The notes under the pieces are model-generated. The model was not told where the DNA came from. It was given only the letters and a program-made list of their open reading frames with translations, and made no database searches. Of a DNA stretch of 38,826 bases, positions 28,477 through 36,065 are shown in pieces. Made by a program: the position numbers and the translations under genes. Origin of the DNA: a virus; UHGV virus genome UHGV-0114133. One strand, written 5' to 3'. The first letter of the stretch is position 1, and the number at the start of each line of letters is the position of its first letter.

Positions 28477-28793
28477 TGCTGAAAATCACCGAATCGTATA
28501 AGACGGCGGTGATCAGCACCGCCCACGTAACGGCAGCGGATTCAGAACGGCTACCCATTGCCTGCTTCGACCCACTTACTGATCGCGGGTTGAATTGGTT
28601 ACACGGTACACAGTACGGCTGGATTGTTCGTGCTGGAATGCGAGGGAATGACTGGAAGGAAGAACTGCGTGAGTACGGCATTTCCCAAGAGGCGATCTCC
28701 AACATACAGACCATACTGGATGACGGCTTTGACGTGGTTCACTTCGATTGCGACGCCGAGCTGGTGGATGGGCTACCTGCATGGGAATGGTGA
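28473..28793 (+). CDS. hypothetical protein (106 aa)
   Basis: ATG overlaps upstream stop (ATGA); RBS AAGGAGAAGG. Confidence 0.55.
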   Translation: MMLKITESYKTAVISTAHVTAADSERLPIACFDPLTDRGLNWLHGTQYGWIVRAGMRGNDWKEELREYGISQEAISNIQTILDDGFDVVHFDCDAELVDGLPAWEW

Positions 28794-28869
28794 TCGCCCA
28801 CTCGTTGAGTAATCATGTCATATAAGCGAAGAAAATTGGTAACATAGTACCGCTTTTTAATCTGATGGA

Positions 28870-29439
28870 ATGGATGTGATGGAAACCCAGAACCAACAAA
28901 CAAAACCTCTGAATAATGCTTATGCGTGGCTTCTAGCTTTACTGCCTCTCTTCTTTGGAGCACCGCCAGATGAGTATTTGAATTATGCAATAGTGATAGG
29001 TGGAGTCGCTGGACTCGGCTTTCTGGTGGCTGACAGAATGGCATTGTCTGATGCAGGGTATGAACCACCGGCCATCCTGTGGGGAGTATTTCTCCTTCCG
29101 GTCTATCTCTGGAAACGTGCCACCGTTACAAAAGGCAGTCGACTTCCTTTTATCGTAATCGTCGCGTTGCTTGCTGGTAACATCTTCATCGGTATCCCAC
29201 ACCAGGAAGAGGTTGCTCTTGAAGAAGCGGCTTGTCCTCTCGTAACGACCATTCTGAAAGAGAATAACGGAACCACAGCGCCGAAATGTATGAAGGTGAC
29301 AATTCAGGACAAGGTGACGGACAAGTTCTATAAAGCGACGGCTACGCTGGATAACGGCAACGACATAAACGTTACTCTGGAACTGACCGGCGAAAGAAAC
29401 TTTTATGTGCGCGTTCCGGATGCCTATCTGAACAACTAA
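28870..29439 (+). CDS. integral membrane protein (189 aa)
   Basis: Several hydrophobic segments (LLALLPLFFGA, IVIGGVAGLGFLVA, ILWGVFLLPVYLW, FIVIVALLAGNIFIGI). Confidence 0.55.
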   Translation: MDVMETQNQQTKPLNNAYAWLLALLPLFFGAPPDEYLNYAIVIGGVAGLGFLVADRMALSDAGYEPPAILWGVFLLPVYLWKRATVTKGSRLPFIVIVALLAGNIFIGIPHQEEVALEEAACPLVTTILKENNGTTAPKCMKVTIQDKVTDKFYKATATLDNGNDINVTLELTGERNFYVRVPDAYLNN

Positions 29440-29783
29440 CGGCTGCAACTCGTTGATATTGGCGGTCACAAATTGAGGATTTCTATAAGAGTCCGTTGAT
29501 CGCCACTTTCCCCACCACCCTACCCCACTCAATCCCAGGCGTGACAAGGCATTTAAGCCAATTACACCCATAAGAAAACAAATAAATAACACATCAACGT
29601 AAAGTCAACGCTTTCCCCTGATTTGGTCTAAAAAGTTGATGTTTTCGCACGCCATCTCTTATACCCAAAATCCTGTGTGCCAGAATCCATCTCCCCGCGA
29701 CCAAAGCGTCAAAAACGACTCGTGATACCACCCAAAAACAGACACGCTCAGAAGCGCTCCCGTTGCGTTATATTGGGCATCTA

Positions 29784-29816
29784 AACAAGTTGTTTTCAGG
29801 CATAAGAAAACAAGTT
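29784..29816 (+). promoter_or_regulatory. Cassette leader motif, two adjacent partial copies, with no gene downstream
   Basis: aaacaagttgtttt then agaaaacaagtt. Confidence 0.35.
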
Positions 29817-29867
29817 AACCACACCCACAGGAAACCCAGAGACGCCATTACCCACAATCCCGGAAAC

Positions 29868-29959
29868 ACCCACCTCTTCCTGTCAGGCTACCGAAAAGAC
29901 CCACCTCTTTGCCCCAGGCTACAGAGCACCCACCTAATCTCCCCAGGCAACCGAGAACG
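29868..29959 (+). repeat. Tandem triplet of about 30-bp C-rich repeats
   Basis: cccacctcttcctgtcaggctaccga / cccacctctttgccccaggctacaga / cccacctaatctccccaggcaaccga. Confidence 0.6.
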
Positions 29960-30536
29960 CAGCTCGCGCACGCAAACCCCTACACGCCATTACCCAATAC
30001 ACGGAGAAGAACAGCCAGAACGAAACCCCGGACAAACCCAGACCAGAACAGGAACCGTCGCAATCTCGTTTACCCACCATTACCCCGAAAGAGAGCGCAA
30101 ATTCCTGAATAGCAGGGAACGTCATTACTTCATATGCGGAGAACAACAAAAGCGCCCTACTGCCATTACCCACACTTCCATCAATTCACGTAAACGAAGA
30201 GAAAAGCGCACCTGCCATTACTCCATACACGGAGAAGAACAATCACCAAAACGACGAGAACAACCCAGACGAAAACACAGAGAAGAACCACCTCAAGAAG
30301 AACGAAACCACATATGCCGGTAGAAAGAACAAACCACCCATTTCACCCACAGGAATAGTCGCCGTATTGAGCGTTATCAGAGAGAAGGTTTATGCCCACA
30401 TAAGAGAGAAAATTCGTGGGAGGTATAAGTGGGAAGGGAAGGAGGGGTATCGCCACTTTCTTCGTATAAATTCAAGCCATAGTTTTCATCCCCCGTAACG
30501 TCCCTTTCCACCCCTTCGGTCAGCCTTCGGGCCATC

Positions 30537-30680
30537 CAGGGAAAAGGCCATGTCCCTTTTCAGAAACGGGAGCGTCGCCGCAGGGAAAAGGCTGGAGGTT
30601 TTTCAGGGAAACGGTGGGAATCCCGCTATACGAACCGGGAAAAGGCTGGCTGCCGGTCGGGAAACGGGTACATCCCGGTA
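30537..30680 (+). repeat. Tandem triplet of about 45-bp G-rich repeats
   Basis: cagggaaaaggc...ttttcagaaacgg / cagggaaaaggctgg...tttttcagggaaacgg / ccgggaaaaggctgg...cgggaaacgg. Confidence 0.55.
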
Positions 30681-30988
30681 CAGAGCGAGGGACGACTGCG
30701 GGAGCGGTGCGGGAAATCTTCGGGAGTGCGCCTTACTCTTCACTCGCCTGAAAATCGCGAGGGAGTGTCGTTCCCTCTCGTGCAGCTACTGGACTCCATT
30801 CTGCCAGACCATCATCGGGTCTCAAGCGATTTCAGTAGGTTTTCGGGGAGAAGGATATTCTGCCCACCAGCCCCGCGGCGCGCGTAGAGCAGAATATCGT
30901 AAATACTGGCTCCCGTGTCGTTCCCGGATATTCACTACCCAGCCTGGCTTTCCCGACATAAAATCCTTTTTCGCCTTTGTCTTATTGC

Positions 30989-31023
30989 GATAATAACACC
31001 AACAAGTAAACAACATGTTTAGA
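30989..31023 (+). promoter_or_regulatory. Cassette promoter/leader motif (type I)
   Basis: gataataacaccaacaagtaaacaacatgtttaga. Confidence 0.5.
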
Positions 31024-31052
31024 CGTTATATAAACGAAGTGAGGATGAAGAG

Positions 31053-31271
31053 ATGATTAAGATGCCTGTGACGGTTGAGGTGTGGGGCGTGGATTCCCTG
31101 GCTGAGTGTCTGGATGCCGTGGGGCCGGAGTTGTACCGCAAGTTGTGGTCGTTCGTCCCGGCAGAAGGGGAATCGCCCAAAGGGAAGGATATCTGGCACC
31201 TGCTGAGTGAAGATGAAAAGCGGGAGCTGGTGGACGCGGTACACAGCGAGTTCCCGGACGACGAAGATTAA
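31053..31271 (+). CDS. hypothetical small acidic protein (72 aa)
   Basis: GAGGA RBS 7 nt before ATG; Asp/Glu-rich. Confidence 0.55.
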   Translation: MIKMPVTVEVWGVDSLAECLDAVGPELYRKLWSFVPAEGESPKGKDIWHLLSEDEKRELVDAVHSEFPDDED

Positions 31272-31276
31272 GAGTG

Positions 31277-31300
31277 AGGCCACCAGCACGGTGGCTTTTG
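31277..31300 (+). terminator. Rho-independent terminator
   Basis: GCCACCAGCACGGTGGC followed by TTTT. Confidence 0.6.
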
Positions 31301-31371
31301 TCGCTATTAACCTCCGGGGCAGCGCAGCACCGTAACGATATACTTTGTGGCCGTTTTCTTACTGGTATTGT

Positions 31372-31402
31372 TTACGCAATTCAGAAAACAACATGTTTAA
31401 GG
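31372..31402 (+). promoter_or_regulatory. Cassette promoter/leader motif (type II)
   Basis: ttacgcaattcagaaaacaacatgtttaagg; the upstream 60 bp is homologous to 31831-31890. Confidence 0.5.
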
Positions 31403-31410
31403 ATTGCTTT

Positions 31411-31740
31411 ATGTTTGCAAATATCGACATCAACCAAATCAAGAAAATGACTCAAAAAGAGTTTGACCAGTTTTATGAGTTAGAAGGTTGGTCTTCCACG
31501 CTGATCAATTCGCGCTGGGTGCTTGAGCTGATGACTCGTGATGATGCTCCTGCTTTGATTATTTGCGACATGGGTGAAGATGCTGACTTTATGGATATGA
31601 GCGAATTTTGTGTGGACACATACAACCGCAGCCAGAAGTACTACTTCACATGCGATAGCGAGAATGACGTGATTTCTAAGCTCTATCTTCACCTTGTCCA
31701 GCATTGGGACGTGCAGGAATTCCTTGAGTTATTCGCGTAA
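31411..31740 (+). CDS. hypothetical acidic protein (109 aa)
   Basis: AAGGA RBS before ATG 31411; alternative ATG 31393 lies inside the motif. Confidence 0.55.
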   Translation: MFANIDINQIKKMTQKEFDQFYELEGWSSTLINSRWVLELMTRDDAPALIICDMGEDADFMDMSEFCVDTYNRSQKYYFTCDSENDVISKLYLHLVQHWDVQEFLELFA

Positions 31741-31863
31741 GCCCAACCAAAGCCAGCACCGCCTGCTGGCTTAACTTCTCTGTAGCCGCAGGGAAGAACC
31801 ACCTTTAGATAATTCATGTGCCTGAGCAATATGCTTTGTAGCCGTTTTTACACTGGTATTATT

Positions 31864-31893
31864 TACGCCATTGAGAAAACAATTTGTTTACGG
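31864..31893 (+). promoter_or_regulatory. Cassette promoter/leader motif (type II)
   Basis: ttacgccattgagaaaacaatttgtttacgg. Confidence 0.5.
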
Positions 31894-31900
31894 AGTGGTG

Positions 31901-32212
31901 ATGAATACTTCATTGGTGCTGGGTCTTGCTGAAGGCCAGGAGAGAAAAGAAAAACCAACCTTAATGGGGCATCTCACATTGCTGGATATCGTAGCGAATG
32001 GGACTTCTATCCGTCTGTTTCGTGAAAAAGCCATTACCTTCGACGCGGGCAATTTTACGCGCTATGTGATGGTAGTTCGTCGCCAGCGTGGAAGAGGGTG
32101 GATGTCGGTCCAGAAAATGTGGCCAGAGGACCAGCTTGAACTGGCGCTGATGGAAGCCAACCGTGTCGCCCAACAAGAGATCCAACGAGCGTCTGTTCAG
32201 GCGGTAGCTTAA
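31901..32212 (+). CDS. hypothetical protein (103 aa)
   Basis: GGAGTGG RBS before ATG 31901. Confidence 0.55.
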   Translation: MNTSLVLGLAEGQERKEKPTLMGHLTLLDIVANGTSIRLFREKAITFDAGNFTRYVMVVRRQRGRGWMSVQKMWPEDQLELALMEANRVAQQEIQRASVQAVA

Positions 32213-32246
32213 ACATGTGCAAGCAGTAGTTAGTCGAATGTACGAC

Positions 32247-32276
32247 AGCCCCGCCAATCCTTCGGGGCTTTTTTGT
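32247..32276 (+). terminator. Rho-independent terminator
   Basis: AGCCCCGCCAATCCTTCGGGGCT followed by TTTTTT. Confidence 0.65.
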
Positions 32277-32297
32277 ATTGTAAGTACTTACTTATGA
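32277..32297. promoter_or_regulatory. Palindromic operator-like site
   Basis: attgtaagtacttacttatga, about 35 nt upstream of the 32334 gene. Confidence 0.45.
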
Positions 32298-32333
32298 TAA
32301 TAAAATTAAAAATTAAACACTAAGGAGAGTGAA

Positions 32334-32729
32334 ATGACCGTTAAACGCGAAAATCTGACCCTGGATATGTATTATGCATCAGAGACGGAAAATGGAGACA
32401 AAGTTGCAAAAATTACAATTGTGCTACGCGATAATGCCTCCGGCGAAGAAGTTCACACCAGTACCTTAACTCGCACCGGCGAGGCCACAAAGGGGAAATA
32501 TTCGGTGCGTTACCAAAGCATCAGTAATGCTTCTGACCCTTTACTGATAAAACTGGAAACTCATTTCCGTGGCGCGGATCAGACGTTGTTTGAAAATTTG
32601 ATGAAAAAGGTCGATGCGGTTTATACATCGAGTTTAAATACCAATAGTACCTGGATGGGACAACACGGTCTGCGAATAATCTCCGGCGAAAAGATCGACA
32701 CCATTGTCCCTGAAAGCGTATTCGCTTAA
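32334..32729 (+). CDS. hypothetical protein (131 aa)
   Basis: TAAGGAGAG RBS before ATG. Confidence 0.6.
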   Translation: MTVKRENLTLDMYYASETENGDKVAKITIVLRDNASGEEVHTSTLTRTGEATKGKYSVRYQSISNASDPLLIKLETHFRGADQTLFENLMKKVDAVYTSSLNTNSTWMGQHGLRIISGEKIDTIVPESVFA

Positions 32730-32741
32730 TCCTCTTTGAAT

Positions 32742-32766
32742 GGCGCGTACCCCGCGCCATTTTCTT
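32742..32766 (+). terminator. Rho-independent terminator
   Basis: GGCGCGTACCCCGCGCC followed by ATTTTCTT. Confidence 0.6.
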
Positions 32767-32772
32767 ATGCCC

Positions 32773-32793
32773 GATAACAATTTGTTTTCTGCC
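32773..32793 (+). promoter_or_regulatory. Cassette leader motif (core variant)
   Basis: gataacaatttgttttctgcc. Confidence 0.4.
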
Positions 32794-32846
32794 TTATCTG
32801 ATTTGTGAAAATGATTTCACTGAAGCAACTTAATAAGGAAACCATC

Positions 32847-33221
32847 ATGGGACTTGATATCTATATCGAGACGCAGCCTAAAAACGATCTGAATAACGAG
32901 GCATCCAGAAAGCAGGTTGCTTACTTCCGTAAGTTCAATGCGCTCGTTGGGTGGATGGAGCGCAACGTAGGTGAAGTCGAAAATTGTGAGCTTTTAGAAT
33001 TAACGATGAATGACATTTGTTTTCTGAAGGCTCATTTGATGCACATAAACGAAAGTAATTGCGAAGAGTACTTGCCTACCCAGGAAGGTTTTTTCTTCGG
33101 CAGTCAGGAGTACGATGAAGGTTACTGGCATGATGTGGGGGAGTTGAAAGAGATTGTGGAAGATCTGATTAAGAACCACGACTTTCACAATAATAGACTG
33201 ACCTTCTGCGCCTGGTGGTAA
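32847..33221 (+). CDS. hypothetical acidic protein (124 aa)
   Basis: AAGGA RBS 7 nt before ATG 32847. Confidence 0.55.
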   Translation: MGLDIYIETQPKNDLNNEASRKQVAYFRKFNALVGWMERNVGEVENCELLELTMNDICFLKAHLMHINESNCEEYLPTQEGFFFGSQEYDEGYWHDVGELKEIVEDLIKNHDFHNNRLTFCAWW

Positions 33222-33223
33222 AT

Positions 33224-33367
33224 ATGGGCGATTTCAAGAAACGCCTGAAGGAGAGAGCCGAGATGGTCAGAAAGCGAAACGCCTCTTCTGTCATAAGATA
33301 CGCAAGGCAGTTTAGTCGCAACAACAAATCAGTTGAGGAAAAGATCCTTAGCGTAATCGGGCGATAA
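33224..33367 (+). CDS. small basic protein (47 aa)
   Basis: Below track cutoff; ATG 2 nt after upstream stop; followed by family hairpin at 33373. Confidence 0.3.
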   Translation: MGDFKKRLKERAEMVRKRNASSVIRYARQFSRNNKSVEEKILSVIGR

Positions 33368-33372
33368 TTATT

Positions 33373-33396
33373 AAGGCCACCAGCATTGGTGGTCTT
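33373..33396 (+). terminator. Hairpin of the AAGGCCACC...GGTGGCCTT terminator family
   Basis: aaggccaccagcattggtggtctt. Confidence 0.45.
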
Positions 33397-33505
33397 AAAT
33401 GACTTTTAATAACCGAAGGTTAGTTTGAAACCTGGCTATCAACTTCCAGAACCTTTCTTGTGTATTCAGCCTGTATTAACTTCTTTTATGCCTTATCTAC
33501 ACTGC

Positions 33506-33540
33506 GATAATTACACCAACAAGAAAACAATATGTTTACG
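33506..33540 (+). promoter_or_regulatory. Cassette promoter/leader motif (type I)
   Basis: gataattacaccaacaagaaaacaatatgtttacg. Confidence 0.5.
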
Positions 33541-33556
33541 CAGTGAGGATATGCTC

Positions 33557-33838
33557 ATGACTGATTTCACCATTACCCCTAAAGCACAAAATGTATTCCT
33601 TGAATCATGGCTGGACTTGCCGGAAACAGAACAGCAAGAAATGGATCATGTGGAATATGACGAGCAGGTAAGCACGCGATTCTTCCACTTTGAGGGCTGC
33701 GTTTACGACATTGCCGACTTCATGCGAGATGACCGCTTCCCTGAATGGCACGCAAGCTATCCACTAAACGCCTTCGCCATGCTGATGATCCGTGTGGATG
33801 ATTCAGGGGATACCATCGACATCGGTCTGCTCCACTAA
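33557..33838 (+). CDS. hypothetical acidic protein (93 aa)
   Basis: GAGGA RBS 7 nt before ATG 33557 (alternative ATG 33551). Confidence 0.55.
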   Translation: MTDFTITPKAQNVFLESWLDLPETEQQEMDHVEYDEQVSTRFFHFEGCVYDIADFMRDDRFPEWHASYPLNAFAMLMIRVDDSGDTIDIGLLH

Positions 33839-33843
33839 AGAGT

Positions 33844-33867
33844 AAGGCCACCAATGCTGGTGGCCTT
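33844..33867 (+). terminator. Hairpin of the AAGGCCACC...GGTGGCCTT terminator family
   Basis: aaggccaccaatgctggtggcctt. Confidence 0.45.
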
Positions 33868-33871
33868 AAAT

Positions 33872-33960
33872 GACCATCCTGTTTCCCGCAGGCTAAAAAC
33901 ACCAACCTCTTACCTCCAGGCAACCGACAAACCCACCTGTTCCCGTCCGGCTACCGCAAC
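33872..33960 (+). repeat. Second tandem triplet of about 30-bp C-rich repeats (paralogous to 29868-29959)
   Basis: ccatcctgtttcccgcaggctaaaaa / ccaacctcttacctccaggcaaccga / cccacctgttcccgtccggctaccg. Confidence 0.6.
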
Positions 33961-33989
33961 TTTCCACTTTGACGCCTTATTCGTACAAC

Positions 33990-34028
33990 GATAATTAACA
34001 CCAACAAGAAAACAATTTGTTATTTACG
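33990..34028 (+). promoter_or_regulatory. Cassette promoter/leader motif (type I)
   Basis: gataattaacaccaacaagaaaacaatttgttatttacg. Confidence 0.5.
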
Positions 34029-34042
34029 ATAAGGAATTAATC

Positions 34043-34525
34043 ATGAATTTTATCGCTACTGTAAACGCACCCGCACATGGCAATATCGCTGTAACGTTCT
34101 CTGACATTGAAAAACGAGTACTTGGTGCATGGCGCGACAATGAGACGGTAGAACTGTCAGCACAAGAAAAATGCATTATTGCACGCGACATCATTGGCAA
34201 TCGTCGTTACTCGCGGGTATTTGAGAAAGCATATGTGGTAAATTCTGGATTCGGAACGTTCGTCTTTCCGGTGCGCTCCGGGCGATTCTGCCAGTCCAAG
34301 CTGATTGAGTTCGCTACGCAGATTTCTGTCTGGATTAAAACTCAATCGTCGTTCAAATTTTCCGACGATGAAGCAGTATCGCAGGGGATGCGGATCGCCA
34401 ACAATGCAATAAAATGCAAAAACATTACGTATGCCGCTGGCGTTGACACATGGAAACTGTTTTGCGCTAACTTTATGCTGAATGTATACGCAAGCAACCG
34501 CATCCACATCCTTGATGGCGTGTAA
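34043..34525 (+). CDS. hypothetical protein (160 aa)
   Basis: AAGGA RBS before ATG; flanked by C-rich and G-rich repeat blocks. Confidence 0.6.
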   Translation: MNFIATVNAPAHGNIAVTFSDIEKRVLGAWRDNETVELSAQEKCIIARDIIGNRRYSRVFEKAYVVNSGFGTFVFPVRSGRFCQSKLIEFATQISVWIKTQSSFKFSDDEAVSQGMRIANNAIKCKNITYAAGVDTWKLFCANFMLNVYASNRIHILDGV

Positions 34526-34532
34526 CTGAGAA

Positions 34533-34557
34533 GAGGGCCAGAAACGGCCCTTTCTCT
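34533..34557 (+). terminator. Rho-independent terminator
   Basis: GAGGGCCAGAAACGGCCCT followed by TTCTC. Confidence 0.55.
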
Positions 34558-34572
34558 ATAGCCACCAGCTGC

Positions 34573-34720
34573 CGCAGGGAAATTTTCAGAAACGGCGAGG
34601 AACGCATTCATGAGCCGAAGGGAAACGACCATGAAATTTTCTGGAAACGGCGGGGGTCGCCTTTATGTAGAAAACTGAGCGGGAGAAACCCGGAATCGCG
34701 CCAGAAATTGCGTAGCGGCG
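34573..34720 (+). repeat. Second block of G-rich repeats (paralogous to 30537-30680)
   Basis: cagggaaattttcagaaacggcgagg / aagggaaacgaccatgaaattttctggaaacggcgggg. Confidence 0.5.
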
Positions 34721-35063
34721 CTGGGGTAGCGCTGGTGGGGTTTCAGCCCCTGGGCCATCCAGATAGCTTTCGCTATGTGATTATGTGAATCCGTGGGTAA
34801 ATCACTGTAAGCGCGTACACGTTGCCCAACGTGGCAATCATATGCGAGTGGATACAAAACAACACAAAGAGCCGATCCGCGCCGACAAATAAACGCGGAT
34901 CACGCCAACGACACGACAAAATAAGCAACACGCTAAAACGCTGTAAAACGTGCTATAACGTGTTTTTATTGTGGGTAATGGTCAGATACTGCTACTCGCA
35001 AAAATGCGTTAAATTGGTGCTTTTATGGCGCTTGCCTTTGGTCTGTTTTGGCTAACTTCGGAC

Positions 35064-35137
35064 AATAAAAAACGCGCCAATGATGGCGCGTTATGGTGGG
35101 AGTATTGGAAACGAAAAAAGCGCCCATAGTGGGCGCT
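35064..35137 (-). terminator. Two tandem rho-independent terminators for the minus-strand operon
   Basis: Hairpins AACGCGCCAATGATGGCGCGTT and AGCGCCCATAGTGGGCGCT, each followed by a U-tract on the minus strand. Confidence 0.6.
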
Positions 35138-35142
35138 CGATT

Positions 35143-35364
35143 TTATTTGTGTAAACTAATTTTGAATCCCATTTCTACAAACGCTTTTAACATTAAAAAT
35201 ATATCAGCGTCATTCACGTCTGCTTTTTTTCGCTCCTGGTCGTTCAATAAGTCAATTTTGCGCGTTGTTTCATTTATAAACTCGACTGCGCGCCCAGCGA
35301 TCCCAGCGATGCGATTAACATAATATTCATTATGGACGTTAACGCCAGCGATAAGAACAAACAT
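35143..35364 (-). CDS. small hypothetical protein (73 aa)
   Basis: AGGAG RBS; flanked on both sides by the same 19-bp hairpin. Confidence 0.45.
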   Translation of the reverse strand: MFVLIAGVNVHNEYYVNRIAGIAGRAVEFINETTRKIDLLNDQERKKADVNDADIFLMLKAFVEMGFKISLHK

Positions 35365-35414
35365 GATTAAGCTCCTTAAAACTAGCGCCCACTATGGGCG
35401 CTATATCCATCTAA

Positions 35415-36065
35415 TTACGCTTTGAAAGCATCAGCCAGATAGTTATAAAAATCATTTTTAACGAAGCGATATTGCTGTGATCCGTTTTTCGCTGCACCCA
35501 TTCCTTTGATTTTTTCGACCAGTCCCAGACGTTCGCAAAGATTGATAAGCTGGTTGGCTTGAGTGTATCCTGCGTCTAATTTTATTTCGTTGGCTTTTTT
35601 CGCTTCATTCATTAAATCGAAAACAGCGCCATTGGTGAACGTGTCGATCTCGTCGTTAATCATATCGATTAATGCGAATACACGAGATCCTGACATATCA
35701 GCGACGGAATAAACACATTTACCAGCTTTAATGGATTTAACCAGATAAACCAGTTTTTCCAGAGAATAACTATTAGTCATTGCTTCGCGGAAAAACGCTT
35801 CAGGTGCTTGTTTGCTTGCTTTAATCGCGTAGTAAAAGACACCAGCTAATTTCTCATCATTAACAGCGTTTAAAACGTTGTTGGTGAAGTATGCTAGTTT
35901 GGTAGACGCTGCAAGCATGTTAGCTTTATCCGCTTTTGTGTGTGTACCATTTTTATAATGATTGTTATAAGTCTGAGTAGCGTTGTTGGCTGCAACTTGC
36001 AATTCATTAGCGATAACTACAGCAGCGTCGATGATAGCTTTTTTAGAGATAGCAATGTTAGACAT
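35415..36065 (-). CDS. hypothetical protein (216 aa)
   Basis: Long ORF in AT-richer region; no recognised motif. Confidence 0.55.
   Translation of the reverse strand: MSNIAISKKAIIDAAVVIANELQVAANNATQTYNNHYKNGTHTKADKANMLAASTKLAYFTNNVLNAVNDEKLAGVFYYAIKASKQAPEAFFREAMTNSYSLEKLVYLVKSIKAGKCVYSVADMSGSRVFALIDMINDEIDTFTNGAVFDLMNEAKKANEIKLDAGYTQANQLINLCERLGLVEKIKGMGAAKNGSQQYRFVKNDFYNYLADAFKA

Noticed and set aside
28939-29592. 217-aa minus-strand ORF
   Set aside because: Antisense to the plus-strand membrane-protein gene 28870..29439 and extends into the non-coding repeat region.
29763-30323. 186-aa plus-strand ORF rich in Arg/Glu/Lys/Pro
   Set aside because: An open frame produced by the near absence of T in this AC-rich stretch (few stop codons); low-complexity translation and no RBS.
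30550-30993. 147-aa plus-strand ORF
   Set aside because: Runs through the G-rich tandem repeats; the translation is Gly/Arg-rich and repeat-driven.
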